Shown in pieces: positions 56,390 through 64,000 of a stretch of 64,000 bases of DNA. Every line of letters begins with the position of its first letter. The stretch's first letter is position 1. The stretch is taken from NCBI GenBank assembly GCA_964016885.1, contig OZ024761.1, positions 12,772,001 through 12,836,000 on the forward strand, written 5' to 3'. Under the pieces are notes generated by a model, which saw nothing but the letters and a program-made list of their open reading frames with translations, did not search any database and was not told the origin of the DNA. Source of the DNA: Eledone cirrhosa (Eukaryota). Both the position numbers and the translations under genes were made by a program.

Positions 56390-57175
56390 ATTGGATTGGC
56401 AGTATCGGTAGAGGGTCGGACGCCATGCTTTGCAGCATAGAGCTACGGCCCTTTATGGTCTTAGTTAAAATCCCGCCGAGGTTAACTTTGCTTTTCATCC
56501 TTACGGCGTCGATAAAATAAAGTACCAGTCACGCACTGGGGTCGATTTAATCGACTTTCCCCTCCCCCCCAAAATTGCTGGCCTTGTGCCTACATAAGAA
56601 ACCATTATTATTGTTATTATTATTAAGGTGGCGGATTGGCAGTATCGGTATAGCGCCAGATCAGATACCATGCTTTGCAGCATAGAGTTATGGCTCTTTA
56701 TGTTCTGAGTTCAAATCCAGTCGATGTTAGCCTTGCCTTTTATCCTTACGGGTTCGATAAAATAAAGAACCAGTCATGCACTGGGGTCGCTTTAATCAAC
56801 ATTCCCCTCCCCAAATTGCTGGCCTTGTGCCTAAAGTAGAAATCATTATATGTCCCTTTATGTTCTGAGTTCAAATCCTGCCAAGGTTAGCTTTGCCTTC
56901 CATTTTTACAGAGATACACTGGGGGTAATTGCCGGCCTTGTGCCTAAATAAGAAATTATTATATATATAATATTAGGGCGGTGGATTGGCAGTATCGGTA
57001 GAGGGTCGGACGCCATTCTTTGAAGCACAGAGTTACGGCCCTTTACAGTCTGAGTTCAAATCCCGCCGAGGTTAACTTTGTCTTTCATCCTTACGGGGGT
57101 CGATGAAATAAAGTACCAGTAATGTACTGGTGAATTGCTGGCCTTGTGCCAAATATAGAAACAATTATTATTACT
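56390..57175 (+). mobile_element. Head-to-tail cluster of 4-5 Nin/Deu-like SINE copies
   Basis: Repeated ggattggcagtatcggta ... ggccttgtgcctaa units separated by (ATT)n tails. Confidence 0.8.
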
Positions 57176-57589
57176 ACTATTATCCAGTTGTTGGTTAGCT
57201 GTCTGACAGAACAGTCAGATGATGAAAACTGTTCCAGTTCTGACTGTTGATATATTTTGGTTTAAACTACATTATCCAATATACTGAGCTCTCTTTTGTT
57301 AGTGTTAGGGTGTAATTTGAGAAACCTAGCTGCTGTTTCTAGGAAGCAGTGATCAGATAAATGCTTTTCTTGCTGGTGTAGGTTTGGCTGGATTGTTTAG
57401 CTAAAGGTAAACTCTGGTTAAGTAGTCTTATGATCCACGATGATCCTGTCTTTTTACTTAAATACCTGGAGACAGGTGGAGAGATGCTGTGCTGAATAGG
57501 ACCCGTCCCACTCTTGCAAGCAGGGAAAAGTGGACGTAAAATGATGATGATGATGATCTGGAACTATATTGTCCATTCTGTCTTTCTCA

Positions 57590-58036
57590 TTATTACCCCG
57601 TTCATTGCCATATTTCTAATGAGACACTATGTCATTAGCCCTTTCATTACCATATTTCTAATGAAAGACACTGTCTATGTCATTAACCCTTTTATTACCA
57701 TATTTCTAATGAAAGACACTACCTATGTCATTAACCCTTTTATTACCATATTTCTAATGAAAGACACTGTCTATGTCATTAACCCTTTCATTACCATATT
57801 TCTAATGAAAGACACTGTCTATGTCATTAACCCCTCCATTACCATATTTCTAATGAAAGACACTGTCTATGTCATTAACCCTTTCATTACCATATTTCTA
57901 ATGAAAGACACTGTCTATGTCATTAACCCCTCCATTACCATATTTCTAATGAAAGACACTGTCTATGTCATTAGCCCTTTCATTACCATATTTCTAATGA
58001 AAGACACTGTCTATGTCATTAACCCTTTTATTACCA
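57590..58036. repeat. 48-bp minisatellite (~9 units; shorter arrays at 21466-21566 and 23765-23930)
   Basis: Unit aaccctttcattaccatatttctaatgaaagacactgtctatgtcatt, starting with a TTAA-CCC transposon-like end. Confidence 0.9.
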
Positions 58037-58134
58037 GGCTCAGTTTCAAGTGGTTTGGTATCAAAGGAGTTAAATGGTTGTTAGAACCTCGGTTAGTTTC
58101 AGGTGGTTTGGTATCAAAGGAAAGAAACAAAATA

Positions 58135-58173
<39 letters not shown>

Positions 58174-58646
58174 AATAGGGAGACACAAAGCAGGCTTTGT
58201 TTACAAACAGCTAGCGAATTTGAAAATTAGGTAGTAACATGTGCTTATGCCGTATTTGACTAAATAGAATTAGTCTGTTAGTTGGAATTTAAAAAAAACC
58301 CTCTGAATGGAAAAAAAGGATGGGTATTGATTGATGTACATGGGACACAAACCCACATCTTTGGTTTGCTGGACCAATGTCTTACCATTACACCAATACA
58401 CCATATATATATTGTGAGTTCAATTCTCTCAGACCGGGTGATGTGTTGTTTCCTTGAGCAAGACACTTTATTTCACATTGCTCCAGTTTACTCAGCTGTA
58501 GAAATGGAGGTGCCACGTAAAAAAGGCACCCAGCACTCACTGTAAATGAGGTTGGTGTTAGGAAGGGCATCCAGCTGTAGAAATCAAGCCAGAATCAGTT
58601 CCTGTCCCACCCTTGCAAGCAGGGAAAAGCGGACGTAAAATGATGA

Positions 58647-58685
<39 letters not shown>

Positions 58686-59289
58686 CACACACAAAGTGTT
58701 AAAACGATCAAATTTTAGTTTAGAACATTTATTTGTTGACAATTGTTTCTTCCAGAGGGAAGTCTGGAAACATCAGAGCATAGGGAATGTCGAAACATGT
58801 GACTAAAATCCTAGTCATTTAGAACATTTAGGGTACATAATTGTTGTTAGTGTCAAAGGCATCATGTGGAGAGTGAGGAGTTTAAAAGATGTTATGCTTG
58901 AGAGAACACAATTACAGGCAGCACTGGTTGGAAGTGTAAGAGGTATAAGTGAAAAGTACAGGCAAAAAAGTTAGAAGCAAGGAAAAGTGGTGTACAATGC
59001 AGGAGTCAATACAGTCAATAAGGCATGTATGAGGAAAGAGTTATCCTCCATATTTATAGTTGTATTAAACATATATAAATATCCTTATTACTATATATAT
59101 AAGGGCGGTGGATTGGCAGTATCGGTAGAGGGTCGGACGCCATGCTTTCCAGCATAGTTACGTCCCTTTACGATCTGAATTCAAATCCCGCCGAGGTTGA
59201 CTTTGCCTTTCATCCTCACGGGGTCGATAAAATAAAGTACCAGTAATGCACTGGGTAATTGCTGGCCTTGTGCCTAAAGTAGAAACAAT

Positions 59290-59327
<38 letters not shown>

Positions 59328-59846
59328 CAAAGAAAGTGTGGTAAGAAACCAGATGGACCATAATGCACCAGAGTACTCGATACTTAGAGTAGTAGAGTGA
59401 GTAATAGGAAAAGAGTCAGGACCCCGACGGCTGAGCTCCGTCCGTTTCGACAGCTAGATCTGAACTCAGTTACACCTCCTAGTTTGCTCACCATTAATAT
59501 CGTTGTTTCTTCTGTTAGAGAGGAGTTTTAGACAAAGCAATGTTTTGTGCAAAGTTGGGTGTAGTGCTGTCAGAATCCTGAACAATATTAACAGTTGGGA
59601 TCTAGCTGTCGAAACGGCTGGAGCTCAGCTGTCGGGGTCCTGACTCTTTTCCTATATATATCATCATCATCATCATCATTGTTTTACATCTATTCTTTTC
59701 TTCCACGCTAGCAGGGGTTAGATGGGTTGTCCTGTTGTGGCCAATGCTAGGTCGGGTGATCTTGTCTTGCTCATACGAGAACTGATTTTGACCTGATTTT
59801 TACAGCTGGACATACTTCCTAACGCCAAACTCATTTACAGTGAGTG

Positions 59847-59892
<46 letters not shown>

Positions 59893-60180
59893 GTTTATAT
59901 ATATATATATACATACATATACGTGTTTTGCAACGGGTCACTTTGTGGCTCAATGAAATATTTTATCTGGTGATTCTATAGATATGTTTTGATATATATA
60001 TATAAATGAAGTATTTCCGTAGGAAAGGTAAAGGAAAAGAGTGCTCTATGTAGGTTACAGAGCTTTTTAGTTATGTAATAAACAACATAAGATAATTATT
60101 TCATTTACCAGTGGTTTCTTGAAGACAAATATTCTGATGAATGAAGACAGACAAATATCTTATGTTGTTTATTACATAAC

Positions 60181-60223
<43 letters not shown>

Positions 60224-60299
60224 CGAAGGAAATGTGGTAAGGAACCAGGTGGACAATAACGCACCAAAGTACTCAATACTTGAGGTAGTAGAGTGGGTA

Positions 60300-60413
60300 A
60301 TAGGAACCAGTAAGACCCCGACAGCTGAGCTCAAGCCGTTTCGACGGCTAATTCTGGTCCAGAATTAGCCGTCGAAACGGCTTGAGCTCAGCTGTCGGGG
60401 TCTTACTGGTTCC

Positions 60414-60416
<3 letters not shown>
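60300..60416. repeat. Perfect palindrome with 58-bp arms and 1-nt centre (related inverted repeat at 59404-59655)
   Basis: ataggaaccagtaagaccccgacagctgagc...attctgg-t-ccagaat...ggttcctat. Confidence 0.95.
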
Positions 60417-60444
<28 letters not shown>

Positions 60445-61069
60445 CTATATATATATATATATTTACAGTGAGTGATGGGTGCTTTTTTTCCGTGGCGCCT
60501 ACACGACCACTTTACAGTGTGGACTGATATATATATATATAATCATCATCATCATTTTACGTCCGCTTTTCCCTGCTTGCAAGGGTGGGACGGGAACTGA
60601 TTCTGGCTTGATTTCTACAGCTGGATGCCCTTCCTAACACCAACCTCATTTACAGTGAGTGCTGGGTGCTTTTTTGCCGTGGCACCTCCACGACCACTTT
60701 GCAGTGGAATGATAGGGACCCCAGTCCCTATCATCTCATTTCTACAGCTGAGTAAACTGGAGCAATGTGAAATAAAGTGTCTTGCTCAAGGAAACAACAC
60801 ATCACCCGGTCTGAGAATTGAACTCACAACCTTTCCATTGCAAGCCCAATATATATATAAAAAATAAAGGTTTCGATGGATAGTCAGTTGTTTACAATTT
60901 GCTCATCAAATTAATTTAGGGCACAACTATTGGATTAATTGTAATACAACATTCCCAGCTTGGCACATGTCTGTTCCTTTGTGTGTCAAGATCCAGCTGG
61001 TTGTACTCAACAAGCCACCAGCCACCATTGTCCTCTGCAGTTACACCTGTTTGGTCTTTAATTCACCCC

Positions 61070-61670
61070 ATCCCCACCTCTCGTTCAACAACTACTCCCC
61101 CCACCTCTCACTCAACATCTACCCCCACCTCTCGTTCAACATCTACCCCCCCCCCCCCAACCTCTCACTCAACATCTACCCCCCCATCTCTCACTCAACA
61201 TCTACCCCCCCACCTCTCACTCAACATCTAACCCCCCACCTCTCACTCAACATCTACCCCCCACCTCTCACTCAACATCTAACCCCCCACCTCTCACTCA
61301 ACATCTAACCCCCCACCTCTCACTCAACATCTAACCCCCCACCTCTCACTCAATCTACTCCCCTCACTACCCTTCATCTATCTGCACAACACTCTCTCTC
61401 TCTCTGTCTCTCCCCCTCTCTCTCTCTCTATCTACTCTCTCTCTGCTCTCTCTCTATCTAATCTCTCTCTCTCTCTGCTCTATCTACTCCCTGTCTACAC
61501 TCTCTCCCTCTCTGCTCTACTTATCCCCCTCTCTGCTCTACTTACCCCCCTCTCTCTGCTCTTCCTGCTCTCCCCTACCCTCAGCTCTACCCCCCCCCAC
61601 TCTCCCTACCCTCTGCCCTACCCCCCCTCTGCTCTCCTACCCCCTCTGCTCTCCTCTACCCCCCCCTACT
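61070..61670. repeat. C-rich ~25-bp minisatellite and CT-rich tract
   Basis: cacctctcactcaacatctacccc units. Confidence 0.85.
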
Positions 61671-62135
61671 ACTGTTAAGCTGTCTTCTCTCTATTATATT
61701 TGACAAAGAACAATAGATCCAATAATTACTTTTAGCTCTAACAATTATAAACAATTAAGAATTTATATTTGTGTATATAATAGTGTATATAATAGTGTAT
61801 ATACAGTGCTGACTGTGTCAATGTCTGGGTGTGTATATCTTTACACCTTGAGTATATATATATCTATATATATATATATTTATATATATGTATAAATATA
61901 TATATATTTTTATATATATGTATAAATATATATATATATATATATATATTTATCTATTTATATATATGTATAAATATATATATATATAGATATATATATT
62001 TATATATATATTTATATATTTATATATATATTTATATATTTATATATATATATATTTCGTTTCTGAATTTGTTTAGCAACATGACCCTCCCAAAGTATAA
62101 CAATATATATATATATTTATATATATGTATAAATA

Positions 62136-62167
<32 letters not shown>

Positions 62168-62382
62168 TATATGTATATTTATATAAGGGCTTATGCCCGA
62201 AACGTCGTCCCACACCTACCCCCCACTCTCCTGAGCTTGAATTTAATAAACATTTATCGTACTGCCTCTCTGTTCTGTCCCTGTTCAATTTTTCATTATA
62301 TATATATATATATATTTATATATATGTATAAATATATATATATATTTATATATATGTATAAATATATATATATGTATATATT

Positions 62383-62417
<35 letters not shown>

Positions 62418-62615
62418 GTATAAATATATATATATCATCATCATCATCGTTTAATGTCCATCTTCCACGCTAGCATGGGTTTGGACGGGAATTTTCTCAC
62501 TTGAGGCAAGATTGGTTGTCCTGCTCGTATAGGACTGTCTGGCAGGTTTTGGGCCATAACTCTATGCTGCAAACGACCCTCTACCGATACTGCCAATCCA
62601 CCACCCTTTGCTTAC

Positions 62616-63875
62616 AATAATAATAATAATGAAATTATTGTGTACAGTGCTCAGGTGCACTACAACTCGTCAAAGGTGCATCTATAGTACATAGAATGAT
62701 GTACAAATGTCAGGAAAATGAACAGTGCACGAGTCATGAAATACATATGTGCGTGTGTATGGAGGTGAGACATCAGGTGTAGTGTTGGCGAATTTAAGGA
62801 AGCATGGAGGTTTTAATGGTTTTAATCGACAGCTAACAACTGATGCAGGTAGTTTGTTCCATGGAGGTTTTAAAGGATGCAGTGTCTCGACAGCTAACTA
62901 CTGATGCAGGTAGTTTGTTCCATGGAGGTTTTAAAGGATGCAGTGTCTCGACAGCTAACAACTGATGCAGGTAGTTTGTTCCATTGAGGTTTTAATGGAT
63001 GCAGTGTCTCGACAGCTAACTACTGATGCAGGTAGTTTGTTCCATGGAGGTTTTAAAGGATGCAGTGTCTCGACAGCTAACAACTGATGCAGGTAGTTTG
63101 TTCCATTGAGGTTTTAATGGATGCAGTGTCTCGACAGCTAACTACTGATGCAGGTAGTTTGTTCCATGGAGGTTTTAATGGATGCAGTGTCTCGACAGTT
63201 AACAACTGATGCAGGTAGTTTGTTACATGGAGGTTTTAATGGATGCAGTGTCTCGACAGCTAACAACTGATGCAGGTAGTTTGTTCCATGGAGGTTTTAA
63301 AGGATGCAGTGTCTCGACAGCTGACAACTGATGCAGGTAGTTTGTTCCATGGAGGTTTTAAAGGATGCAGTGTCTCGACAGCTAACAACTGATGCAGGTA
63401 GTTTGTTCCATCGAGGTTTTAAAGGATGCAGTGTCTCGACAGCTAACAACTGATGCAGGTAGTTTGTTCCATGGAGGTTTTAAAGGATGCAGTGTCTCGA
63501 CAGCTGACAACTGATGCAGGTAGTTTGTTCCATGGAGGTTTTAAAGGATGCAGTGTCTCGACAGCTAACAACTGATGCAGGTAGTTTGTTCCATCGAGGT
63601 TTTAAAGGATGCAGTGTCTCGACAGCTAACAACTGATGCAGGTAGTTTGTTCCATGGAGGTTTTAAAGGATGCAGTGTCTCGACAGCTGACAACTGATGC
63701 AGGTAGTTTGTTCCATGGAGGTTTTAATGGATGCAGTGTCTCGACAGCTAACAACTGATGCAGGTAGTTTCTTCCATGCTTCAGCAACTCTGAGCGTGAA
63801 AAAATGTTTCCGAAAGTCATGGGAGCTGTGCTGTTTTCTGACTTTGTAGGCATGCCCACTTGTGTTAGACACATG
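62616..63875 (-). mobile_element. CR1-like LINE 3' end with about 16 copies of the same 61-bp unit (62803-63778)
   Basis: SNTSGHAYKVRKQHSSHDFRKHFFTLRVAEAWKKLPASVVSCRDTASIKTSM; same 3'UTR as 4886-5078. Confidence 0.85.
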
Positions 63876-64000
63876 AAAGATGGAGAGAGTGGGAGAGACA
63901 GATGTAGTGACTGGGAATTTGGTTCTTTTGAGTTCAGACCTGGTATATATATATATGGGTATATATATATATATGGGTATATATATATATATGGGTATAT

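Noticed and set aside
58741-58805. Possible ACAP exon 2 after ttgtttcttccag
   Set aside because: The frame required by exon 1 hits TAG after a few codons and shows no ACAP similarity.

Overview
Eukaryotic, AT-rich, microsatellite-saturated genomic DNA. The SINE/LINE complement and protein sequences point to an octopod cephalopod (inference). Three spliced genes are readable by hand. (1) The last two coding exons of SSU72, an RNA Pol II CTD phosphatase (+ strand, 949-5231). (2) A complete 12-coding-exon enolase (- strand, 31702-20353; 1302 nt, 433 aa; all introns GT-AG with matching phases). (3) The first coding exon of an ACAP/centaurin-beta ArfGAP (+ strand, 41341-41393), head-to-head with enolase; its first intron appears to run past the window end. 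A 200-N scaffold gap lies at 18762-18961. The rest is RTE and CR1 LINE fragments, two tRNA-derived SINE families, TTAA-flanked piggyBac-like MITEs, a Helitron-like element, Penelope-like terminal fragments carrying minimal hammerhead ribozymes (often as long palindromes), and many minisatellites. Almost all long ORFs in the track are microsatellite artefacts. The standout observation is a TSD-flanked RTE LINE copy in the last SSU72 intron (2520-4010) that is heavily A-to-G hypermutated on its RNA-sense strand, with As preceded by G largely spared. It looks like an ADAR-hyperedited RNA that was reverse-transcribed into the genome. Other leads are intact-looking hammerheads on the sense strand of host introns, a diverged duplicate enolase exon fragment, clustered ERR-type elements in enolase intron 1, and an SSU72-ENO-ACAP linkage echoing human 1p36.
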